DNA from: Methanofollis fontis
Lineage (GTDB): Archaea > Halobacteriota > Methanomicrobia > Methanomicrobiales > Methanofollaceae
Assembly: GCF_004297185.1 (NCBI RefSeq)
Contig: NZ_PGCL01000003.1
Coordinates: 544,739 to 568,738 of the forward strand
Reading direction: 5' to 3'
Length of the DNA stretch: 24,000 bases
The notes beneath the pieces are model-generated. The model searched no databases and was not told the origin of the DNA. It was given only the letters and a program-made list of their open reading frames with translations. Position numbers and translations under genes: made by a program. Below are positions 1 through 6,429 of this stretch, piece by piece (position 1 is the first letter of the stretch; every line of letters starts with the position of its first letter).

Positions 1-1103
1 AATACTTCCTCCGGTCTGCGCCACCCAGGGATCCGACTTGATTCAAGTTTCGCTTTGAGGTCATGCAGGCGGATGTAGAACAGGTTGCGTTCCGTCTGCT
101 CCCGTTTCAGATCGTAATAGCAGAATCCAGAGACAGGAATGTCCTGAATCGTCAGGGTAACGGGTTTTACGAAGATCGGATCCTGCTGGTACATCTGCAG
201 GTACTGCGGGCTTTCCAGATCCCGTTGCGCTTCTGTCAGCACTTCCTTCACCTGTTTGAGGGTGAGCGGTGCCGGGATAACAAAGGATATCTCTTCCTGA
301 AGGAGTTCCTCCAGGTTTCCCTGGCTGAAAAACCCTCGATCGAGGACCAGGGTATAATTATGGATGCCATGCGCACTGAGCCTGTGGACGGTGTTCTTCA
401 GCGTGACGACATCGACGATGCTGGCGGGATAGATATCGTACATGACCGGAATCGCATGCTCGGTGTCGAAGATGAGCGAGAAGTTGATCTGCGGCAGATC
501 GAGGCCGTCCCGATTATAGCCGTGTTCGAGGAGTGGGATGAGCTGGGAGTAACTGGACAGGCTGGTGATGTCGTAGATCAGGGTTGAGTCGGTACCGATA
601 CTCCTCAGGAGAGACGTCATGAATGCGTCGGGGACGCCGCTTTCACCGATCTCAAAGAGAAGTTCGCTGATCCGCTGGCTGGAAAGGGGAAGATCGGGAT
701 TGGTCAGGAAGAGGGAGGTATCTTCGTACCACGAAGCGACCAGGTGCATGGCCATCGGCCGCACGACCCGGTTCATGGAGAGCGCTAAAATGACGTTTGT
801 TTCGAGCTCGCTTGTCAATGGTGAGAGGTAATCGTCCAGGTGAAGATCCTCGATGATTGCCAGGAGAGGCAGAAACGGGCCGTGAGAATAGGCGTTTGTG
901 GGAACGGAGGCGATGGATGTACTGAGGGTTTCTGTCCGTACTTTGACGGGTTTTCCGTCGATGTTTTTTCCGAGATATCGGGATTTGTGCCGGATCTGCT
1001 TTGTTTCGGGGTCGTAGTAGGGGGTGTCTTCGTACCAGTATTCCTTCCCTTTGATACGTTTGATCCGGACGAGGGGTTTCGTGTGCTTATTGGATAAGCG
1101 CAT
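1..1103 (-). CDS. DDE transposase (IS1634/IS4-like), C-terminus beyond the window edge
   Basis: The supplied ORF track omits it because there is no stop codon in the window. Manual translation of the minus strand from the ATG (complement of 1101-1103) stays open down to position 3. It reads MRLSNKHTKPLVRIKRIKGKEYWYEDTPYYDPETKQIRHKSRYLGK...TLIYDITSLSSYS...EHGYNRDGLDLPQINFSLIF...YTLVLDRGFFS... The basic N-terminal segment plus the 'YDITS' and 'LVLDRGF' strands look like the first two catalytic Asp strands of IS4-superfamily/IS1634-type transposases. Plus-strand ORFs 63-587, 619-831 and 840-1097 are its antisense shadows. Confidence 0.8.
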   Translation of the reverse strand, partial: MRLSNKHTKPLVRIKRIKGKEYWYEDTPYYDPETKQIRHKSRYLGKNIDGKPVKVRTETLSTSIASVPTNAYSHGPFLPLLAIIEDLHLDDYLSPLTSELETNVILALSMNRVVRPMAMHLVASWYEDTSLFLTNPDLPLSSQRISELLFEIGESGVPDAFMTSLLRSIGTDSTLIYDITSLSSYSQLIPLLEHGYNRDGLDLPQINFSLIFDTEHAIPVMYDIYPASIVDVVTLKNTVHRLSAHGIHNYTLVLDRGFFSQGNLEELLQEEISFVIPAPLTLKQVKEVLTEAQRDLESPQYLQMYQQDPIFVKPVTLTIQDIPVSGFCYYDLKREQTERNLFYIRLHDLKAKLESSRIPGWRRPEEV

Positions 1104-1186
1104 TATGAATATTAATACCTTGCGATTGGTTTGGGGAATGCTGAATTCGTGAGTTAAAATGCAATTATGCTGTGCTTAAAAAACGG
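1..1186 (-). mobile_element. Partial insertion sequence (IS4-superfamily, IS1634-like); only the end carrying the transposase start lies in the window
   Basis: The transposase ORF runs off the 5' window edge. An AT-rich non-coding stretch (1104-1186) lies between its ATG and the point where the adjacent HicA-like frame stops resembling its family. Composition switches from GC-rich to AT-rich at about 1186. The outer boundary is inferred, and no terminal inverted repeat can be verified because the other end is outside the window. Confidence 0.55.
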
Positions 1187-1348
1187 GAACTCAGGGATCT
1201 CTCTCACCCCTTCTCGAGTATACACACGGTGACTGCCCTTCCCTCCCCTCAGGCGAAAACCAAAGGCTTCTGCTGCCTGACAAAGATCCTCATAACGGAT
1301 ATTTTTCGGATTGCCCTTCAACAGTTCATATGCCTTTTTCAGTTTCAT
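1154..1348 (-). pseudogene. HicA-family toxin gene, apparently 3'-truncated at the IS boundary
   Basis: MKLKKAYELLKGNPKNIRYEDLCQAAEAFGFRLRGGKGSHRVYTREGVREIPEF matches the long-N-terminus HicA pattern (NPxNxRFxDL...FGFxxxRxxGSHxxF/Y...IPEL). The expected following segment (xNLQxxxGKAKPYQxxQ) is replaced by PFFKHSIIAF-stop, encoded by the AT-rich stretch. An alternative start lies at 1378. Confidence 0.55.
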
Positions 1349-1426
1349 GCCAATCAAGGACCAGCGCAACACGCTCATCCATCTCCCAGAGTAGGATCCG
1401 TATTGCGGCCCTCCTGAGGAACGCGG

Positions 1427-1840
1427 TCAACTCATCACCCTCTCGCCGATATAATCATACAACCGGTGTTTGAAGTCGTCAAACTCCCGGATCGTCTCCA
1501 GGGCAATGTCATAAAGGAAGCGCTCATCAGGGCAGTAGAGCACACGCCCTTTCAGGACGTCCATCCTGATGTACAGGGGTAGTTGCTCAAAAATTTGGAC
1601 GTCGTAGCGGTCGCTGTAGAGTTCGGATAGCGCACGGAACCTGAATGCCGACGAATCCTCCGGTGGAGAATTATAGTAGATGCAGAGGTCGACATCCGAG
1701 TCGGCCATCGCCCGCCCCTCTGCATAGGAACCGTAGAGGATGATGAATCTAACGCGGTCGAACCCCTCGATCGCGGAGAGCCGCGAGAGGATCCAGTCTC
1801 GCTCCTGTATGGACAGAACACCCTCCTCAGACGGCATCAT
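1427..1840 (-). CDS. Nucleotidyltransferase-domain protein (MNT-like, minimal NTase)
   Basis: 137 aa with FIILYGSYAEGRAMADSDVDLCIY, i.e. the GSx(n)GxxxxxSDxD pol-beta-type NTase signature. It is paralogous by eye to the decayed NTase at 5355-5758. Confidence 0.8.
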   Translation of the reverse strand: MMPSEEGVLSIQERDWILSRLSAIEGFDRVRFIILYGSYAEGRAMADSDVDLCIYYNSPPEDSSAFRFRALSELYSDRYDVQIFEQLPLYIRMDVLKGRVLYCPDERFLYDIALETIREFDDFKHRLYDYIGERVMS

Positions 1841-1992
1841 CGCACCTCCTCATCCCACATCTCTCTTCTGCCTTCATATACCTTCGCGGCTGCCGGCCGA
1901 CGGCGAAAATGGGCTATTCTCTCCAGAGCGGTTCGAAAAAACTGTAGAACAGTCCCAGGCACAACCGGAATCGTTAATATTCCAGGGACTGA

Positions 1993-2334
1993 ATGGAGTG
2001 CATGGCCGGAACGGTCGAGACGATCCCTGAGACCTGGAAGGTACGGCGGATCCTTGAGATTCTCAGGCAGGCAAAGCCCGATCTACAGAGAAAATATGGC
2101 GTCAGAGAGATCGGCGTCTTCGGGTCCTATTCCAGAAACGAGCAGGTCGAAGGGAGCGATGTGGATATCCTGGTCGATCTTGCAGATCCTATCGGATGGG
2201 ATGTCGTGGACCTGCGGGACGACCTGGAACATCTTCTTGGTCTTAAGGTCGATCTGGTCCTGAAAGGAGGGGTCAGCCGGCGCAGAAATCTGATGAGATC
2301 CATTTTCCGGGACGTCGTCTATGTCCAGGCGTGA
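1993..2334 (+). CDS. MNT-type nucleotidyltransferase (antitoxin of a HEPN/MNT module)
   Basis: IGVFGSYSRNEQVEGSDVDILVDL is the NTase signature. The gene overlaps the downstream DUF86/HEPN frame by 14 nt. A TTAATATT element at 1974-1981 fits a TATA box for a leaderless start at the second ATG (2002), so the true start may be 2002. Confidence 0.85.
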   Translation: MECMAGTVETIPETWKVRRILEILRQAKPDLQRKYGVREIGVFGSYSRNEQVEGSDVDILVDLADPIGWDVVDLRDDLEHLLGLKVDLVLKGGVSRRRNLMRSIFRDVVYVQA

Positions 2335-2680
2335 AATCACCTTCTTTCTTGACGATATTCTGGAGGGCATCGGCGCCATTGAGGACTATATCAGCGGTCT
2401 CTCCCAGGAGTAATTCGCCGGCGATCGAAAGACCTTCGATGCCGTGGTCAGGAACCTTGAGGTGATCGGCGAGGCCTGCAGCAATATCCCCGACACGCTC
2501 AGGGAGCAGTATGCCCAGATCCCCTGGAGAAAAATTGTCGGCCTCAGGAATGTGGTCATTCACCATTACTTCGGTGTCGACCCTGAGACGGTCTGGTTCA
2601 TCATCACCAGGCAACTCCCTGAACTGAGAGATCAGATCGAGAAGATGCGTCTCACTCTTAAGCCTCCGGAGAATGAGTGA
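2321..2680 (+). pseudogene. HEPN (DUF86-type) toxin gene interrupted by an in-frame TAA
   Basis: From ATG 2321 the frame reads MSRREITFFLDDILEGIGAIEDYISGLSQE-TAA(2411-2413)-FAGDRKTFDAVVRNLEVIGEACSNIPDTLREQYAQIPWRKIVGLRNVVIHHYFGVDPETVWFIITRQLPELRDQIEKM. Both halves are in one frame and together form a full DUF86 protein with the Rx4H motif (RNVVIH). The family usually has EEF where QE-stop-F stands, consistent with a GAA to TAA change. Confidence 0.8.
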
Positions 2681-2727
2681 TACGCCGGAGATACAGATGC
2701 CTTCCCGGATTTCTGTCATCCAGATGA

Positions 2728-2785
2728 CCCTCCGCCTCCCCCCATCGCAAACCCTCATCTCCTCCCCCTTCCCAACATCCTCAAC
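2728..2785 (+). other. G-depleted C-rich tract directly upstream of wecB (G-run-rich on the minus strand)
   Basis: There are only two G residues (2734, 2747) in 58 nt on the + strand. There are five C runs of at least 3 nt: 2728-2730, 2738-2743, 2752-2754, 2764-2768 and 2771-2773. The tract ends at the wecB ATG (2786). Confidence 0.6.
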
Positions 2786-3847
2786 ATGAAGATCCTCACC
2801 GTCGTCGGGGCCCGCCCGCAATTCATCAAGTGCGCACCCGTCTCCAGGGAACTCAGAAAAGAGCACGAGGAGGTCCTCGTCCACACCGGCCAGCACTATG
2901 ATAGGGAGATGTCAGACCTCTTCTTCGAGGAACTCGGGATCCCGAAACCGGATTACAACCTCGGCATCGGTTCTGCCACCCACGCACATCAGACCGGAGA
3001 GATGCTCGCCGGGATCGAGGATCTGATCCTGGAGGAAAAGCCGGACCTCCTCCTTGTCTACGGCGACACAAACTCCACCCTCGCAGGCGCCCTGGCGGCG
3101 GCAAAGGTCCATGTGCCCGTCGCCCATGTCGAGGCCGGCCTGCGGAGCTTCGACCGCCGAATGCCAGAGGAGGTGAACCGGGTGCTCACCGACCACTGCT
3201 CAGACCTCCTCCTCTGCCCGACAGAGACCGCGATGGAGAACCTGCGAAAGGAGGGGATCACGAGGGGCGTCCACCTCACCGGCGACGTGATGGTCGACGC
3301 CCTCCTCGGGCATGCGGAGGTGGCAAAGACCTCTCCGATCCTCGCCGAACTCGGGCTTGAGAGAGGCCAGTACCGCCTCGCCACCGTCCACCGGGCCGAG
3401 AACACCGATGATCCGGCAAAACTCGCCGCCATCATGGGGGCACTCGGCGACCTCGGCGACGTCGTCCTCCCCTGCCACCCGCGGACCGAGAAGATGCTCA
3501 AAAATACAGGCCTCTACGAAGAGGCAAACAGGAGGATCCGACTCATCCCCCCGGTCGGCTACCTGGAGATGCTCGCCCTGGAAAGCAGTGCACACCAGAT
3601 CCTCACCGACTCCGGCGGTGTCCAGAAGGAGGCCTATGTCCTCGGCGTCCCGTGCATCACCCTCCGGGAGACGACCGAGTGGGTCGAGACCGTGCAGGAC
3701 AGCTGGAACATGCTCGTGGGGAGCGATCATGAGGCAATAGTGCGGGCCGCCAGGACATTCTCGCCCAAGAGGGAGCGGTCGGACGTCTTCGGGAAGGGGG
3801 AGGCGGCGAGGGCGATCGCAGTGATCATCGGGGAGAAGACAGAGTGA
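2786..3847 (+). CDS. wecB: UDP-N-acetylglucosamine 2-epimerase (non-hydrolysing)
   Basis: 353 aa. MKILTVVGARPQFIKCAPV...HTGQHYD...GDTNSTLAGALAAAK...VAHVEAGLRSFDRRMPEEVNR...DSGGVQKEA is the canonical WecB/MnaA epimerase-2 motif series. Confidence 0.9.
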   Translation: MKILTVVGARPQFIKCAPVSRELRKEHEEVLVHTGQHYDREMSDLFFEELGIPKPDYNLGIGSATHAHQTGEMLAGIEDLILEEKPDLLLVYGDTNSTLAGALAAAKVHVPVAHVEAGLRSFDRRMPEEVNRVLTDHCSDLLLCPTETAMENLRKEGITRGVHLTGDVMVDALLGHAEVAKTSPILAELGLERGQYRLATVHRAENTDDPAKLAAIMGALGDLGDVVLPCHPRTEKMLKNTGLYEEANRRIRLIPPVGYLEMLALESSAHQILTDSGGVQKEAYVLGVPCITLRETTEWVETVQDSWNMLVGSDHEAIVRAARTFSPKRERSDVFGKGEAARAIAVIIGEKTE

Positions 3848-3883
3848 TGGGATAGACACCGGGTGACCCCGCCGAGGATAATG

Positions 3884-3912
3884 ATTATATCCATAATAAT
3901 TATATCCATAAT
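3884..3912 (+). repeat. Tandem 14-nt AT-rich repeat (ATTATATCCATAAT x2, 15-nt period), a likely TATA/promoter-operator region of the ATPase gene
   Basis: Copies lie at 3884-3897 and 3899-3912, separated by one A. The second copy ends 4 nt before ATG 3917. The TTATAT core of copy 1 sits about 27-30 nt upstream of that ATG, the spacing expected for an archaeal TATA box driving a leaderless mRNA. Confidence 0.5.
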
Positions 3913-3916
3913 CACT

Positions 3917-5308
3917 ATGCGCTTCTACGGCAGGACGGCAGAACTCGGGCTGATGGAACGCCTCTATACCGCTGCACCCTCTTTCCTGGTCGTCACCGGA
4001 AGACGGCGAATCGGGAAGACCGAACTGATCAGGGAGTTCTGCAGGGACAAAACGGCCCTCTATTTCTATGTAGATGCAAACAAAAGCATCGAAGCCCTGA
4101 TCGAGGAATTCGGACAACTGATGACAAAAACCCTCGACCTGCCCGGCTACATCAGGACCGATACCCCTGAAGCCTTTCTCGAATTTCTCTTCTCCTACGA
4201 ACGCCCCCTGGTTGTCGTCTTCGACGAGTTCCAGCGCTTCCAGAAGGTCCACCCCTCGTTCATCTCGCAGATGCAGCGGTTCTGGGATCTCAAAGGCCGG
4301 GAGTCAAACCTCTTTCTCATCGTCTCGGGTTCGTCGGTCGGTATGATCAGAAAGATCTTCCTTGACGGCGATGCACCCCTCTTCAGGCGGGCCGACAATA
4401 TCCTCACGCTCCGCCCCTTCGAGCCGCGAGACTGTCTCGCCATTCTCAAAGACCTCGGGGTGGAGGAGCCGGCGGCGCAGCTCGAACTCTATCTCCTCTT
4501 TGGCGGGACGATCTACTACTACACCTTCCTGGAGAAGTACGGCTGTACCGATCTGTCCAGCGCTCTTGACCGCCTCGTCCTCAACGACCTCGCCCCCCTC
4601 AGGCGTGAGATGAGCGAGGTCATGATCGAGGAGTTCGGGCGCGAGCATGCAACCTATTACGAGATTCTCGCTGCCATCGCAGAGGGAAAGATGGCCCAGA
4701 AGGAGATCGCCGATTTCACCGGTCGTGCACCGACCTCCCTCCCGCCGTACCTGCGGGAACTTGTCGACCTCCTCGGGATCCTCGAGTATCGCGTCCCGGT
4801 CACCGAGGATAGGCACCGGTCGAAAATGGGGCATTACATCTTTTCTGACAACTTCTTCCGGTTCTATGCCCGCTATATCTACCGGAACATGAGCCTGTAC
4901 GAGGGAGGGCGTTATGAACTCCTGAAGGACCGGATCCTCTCTGAATGGAAGGACTTTACGGGCCGGGCCTTCGAAGAGATGGTGCGGGCCCTCCTGGTGC
5001 GGGAGACAGAAACACAGTATGAACAGGCCGGTGCCTGGTGGAACAGGCGCGGAGACGAGATCGACTTCCTGGCCCTGGGCCCTCAGAGAGACCTTGCGGT
5101 GGAGATCAAGAACCGAAACCTGACCTTCTCAGAGGCGCTGGGCATCCTCTCCGCCCTCGAAAAGAAGATCCCGCGGGTAAAGGGACTCTCAGGGCCGGTG
5201 GAGCTGGGGATTGTCGCCCGCACGATCCAGGGAAAGGAGTCGCTGAGGGAGGAGGACTTCTCTGCGTGGGACCTTGCCGACCTCGGGATCTGCCCGGTGA
5301 GAGAATGA
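3917..5308 (+). CDS. Archaeal AAA-type ATPase with wHTH and C-terminal DUF234/PD-(D/E)xK-like domain
   Basis: MRFYGRTAELGLMERL...VVTGRRRIGKTELI (Walker A) and LVVVFDEFQ (Walker B). YYEILAAIAEGKMAQKEIADFTG...LPPYLRELVDLLGILEY looks like a winged helix. The C-terminal WWNRRGDEIDFLAL...LAVEIKNR carries a D...ExK nuclease-fold signature. The track's 3863 start only adds translation of the AT-rich repeat. Confidence 0.85.
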   Translation: MRFYGRTAELGLMERLYTAAPSFLVVTGRRRIGKTELIREFCRDKTALYFYVDANKSIEALIEEFGQLMTKTLDLPGYIRTDTPEAFLEFLFSYERPLVVVFDEFQRFQKVHPSFISQMQRFWDLKGRESNLFLIVSGSSVGMIRKIFLDGDAPLFRRADNILTLRPFEPRDCLAILKDLGVEEPAAQLELYLLFGGTIYYYTFLEKYGCTDLSSALDRLVLNDLAPLRREMSEVMIEEFGREHATYYEILAAIAEGKMAQKEIADFTGRAPTSLPPYLRELVDLLGILEYRVPVTEDRHRSKMGHYIFSDNFFRFYARYIYRNMSLYEGGRYELLKDRILSEWKDFTGRAFEEMVRALLVRETETQYEQAGAWWNRRGDEIDFLALGPQRDLAVEIKNRNLTFSEALGILSALEKKIPRVKGLSGPVELGIVARTIQGKESLREEDFSAWDLADLGICPVRE

Positions 5309-5354
5309 ACGCAGAAGGGATATCTGCACATGATCCCCATCTCAACTGAGAGTG

Positions 5355-5758
5355 ATGAAGAAAGAGAGGGAAACAGAAGCGGAGGCATGGCCCCATATGG
5401 TCGGGCCGCTTACAGAGCACCCGGCAGTCCTTGCCGTCATGCTCTTCGGCTCGACCGCAACCGGACACCGGAGGCCGTTTTCCGACATCGATCTTTGCAT
5501 CTTCGCATCCCACCCCCTCCGGAGAGATGAAAAAGAGGAACTCCTCAGCAACAGTGCACCGGGATATGATCTCTCCCTTCCGGGACCTGCCACTCAGCAA
5601 TGTACCGTGTGTTCAGGGGCGGAAAGGTGCTTTTCTGCCGTGATGAGATGCAATTGCAGAGGCTGAAGGGGCGGACCATCAGCAGATATCTCGATTATTC
5701 CCGCATACTCAGGCGCTGTTGTGAGCGGATGATGGGGGAGTGCAGTGTACGACCGTGA
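5355..5758 (+). pseudogene. MNT-like nucleotidyltransferase gene with two frameshifts
   Basis: Frame 1 gives VLAVMLFGSTATGHRRPFSDIDLCIF...SAPGYD. The family-like sequence continues in frame 2 (ISPFRDLPLS) after about 5565-5575. It continues in frame 3 (MYRVFRGGKVLFCRDEMQLQRLKGRTISRYLDYSRILRRCCERMMGE) after about 5596-5603. The reconstructed protein aligns by eye with the intact paralogue at 1427-1840 (YDVQIFEQLPLYIRMDVLKGRVLYCPDERF...). Confidence 0.65.
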
Positions 5759-5975
5759 GCGGATCGCGGTTATCCTTGCGGATATCAGAGTCTATTGCAC
5801 CGACCTGCACCAGAACGGCAGATGATCCAAAAACCGATTATGCCGTCTCAATTGGTCCTCTTCTCCCTGCTCAGCCATGTGATCGACCTCGGGAGATAGT
5901 GATTGAGGCAGGCCTCGGGACACCTGCCACATATATCATATTGTATTCAGCAGGTGAACGCGGCACTCCGCTGAC
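5745..5975 (+). pseudogene. HEPN (DUF86/HepT-like) remnant, frameshifted and 3'-truncated
   Basis: GTG 5745 opens VYDRERIAVILADIRVYCTDLHQNGR-stop(5823-5825). HepT-like pieces continue in other frames (DDPKTDYAVS / LVLFSLLSHVIDLG / EIVIEAGLGTPATY). The region ends against the 3' end of the convergent gene at 5977 before any Rx4H motif appears. Confidence 0.5.
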
Positions 5976-5976
5976 T

Positions 5977-6429
5977 TCATCGCTCCACATCTCGAATATG
6001 CCGGTCCGTCTCCTTCACCAGATCCTCCCGCCCCTCGATCCGGGCCACCTCCCGTATCACCTCGAGCACATGGACCGAGTCCTCGAGAAACGAGAGGATG
6101 TCGGCAGGGAAGAGATCGATCCCGTACTCCTCCAGCATCGCCTCGGCGATCTGCCGGTGATCGAGTCCGGTCTCGCGATATTCAAGGATGGTGACGGCAA
6201 ACTTCCGTTCTGGACACCCGCAGTTCGGGCTGTCCTTGCAGGCGCACACCAGAAAATCCCGGTGGATATTGAGGAGGTGCTCGCGCAGATGGGCATCGAG
6301 GGAGCGGTGACCCATCGCCGGTGCAACAGCCTCCAGAAAAGCGGTATTGAAGACCCGGTCCGGGAGGCGGACTCCAATCGCACGTTCAACCTTGCGTGAT
6401 GCGCGGAACCGGGCCTTATCTGCGATCAC
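5977..6429 (-). CDS. Conserved uncharacterised protein with a CxCx5CxC knuckle and an HTH-like C-terminal half
   Basis: 150 aa with a GTG start that overlaps the upstream gene's stop (GTGA). FLVCACKDSPNCGCPERKF is a four-Cys cluster, followed by ILEYRETGLDHRQIAEAMLEEYGIDL, which looks like a helix-turn-helix. Codon usage matches the neighbouring genes. I cannot name the family with certainty. Confidence 0.65.
   Translation of the reverse strand: MIADKARFRASRKVERAIGVRLPDRVFNTAFLEAVAPAMGHRSLDAHLREHLLNIHRDFLVCACKDSPNCGCPERKFAVTILEYRETGLDHRQIAEAMLEEYGIDLFPADILSFLEDSVHVLEVIREVARIEGREDLVKETDRHIRDVER

Noticed and set aside
63-1097. Three plus-strand ORFs (63-587, 619-831, 840-1097) offered by the track
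   Set aside because: Their translations have no recognisable family features. They lie exactly antisense to a continuous minus-strand frame that encodes a transposase-like protein with clear DDE-family strands. I treat them as shadow ORFs.
1340-1385. Possible relic of a HepT N-terminus (MDERVALVLD, cf. YDRERIAVILAD at 5748-5783) in an alternative frame overlapping the HicA-like start
   Set aside because: The resemblance covers only about 10 residues and needs two indels, so it cannot be distinguished from chance by eye. I record it only as a hint that a HEPN gene may once have followed the 1427-1840 NTase.
2411-2413. Possibility that the in-frame TAA in the HEPN gene is a recoded codon
   Set aside because: Known archaeal recoding uses UAG (pyrrolysine, Methanosarcinales-type) or UGA (selenocysteine), not UAA. 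The other genes here end normally in TAA/TGA/TAG. A nonsense mutation is the simpler reading.
3863-3916. N-terminal extension of the ATPase (MTPPRIMIISIIIISIIT) from the track's start at 3863
   Set aside because: The extension is simply the translation of the AT-rich tandem repeat/promoter region. The family N-terminus (MRFYGRxxEL) begins at ATG 3917.
5740-6399. 219-aa plus-strand ORF
   Set aside because: The first third is one frame of the decayed HEPN remnant. The remainder is antisense to the well-formed minus-strand gene 5977-6429. It is a chimeric read-through with no coherent domain.
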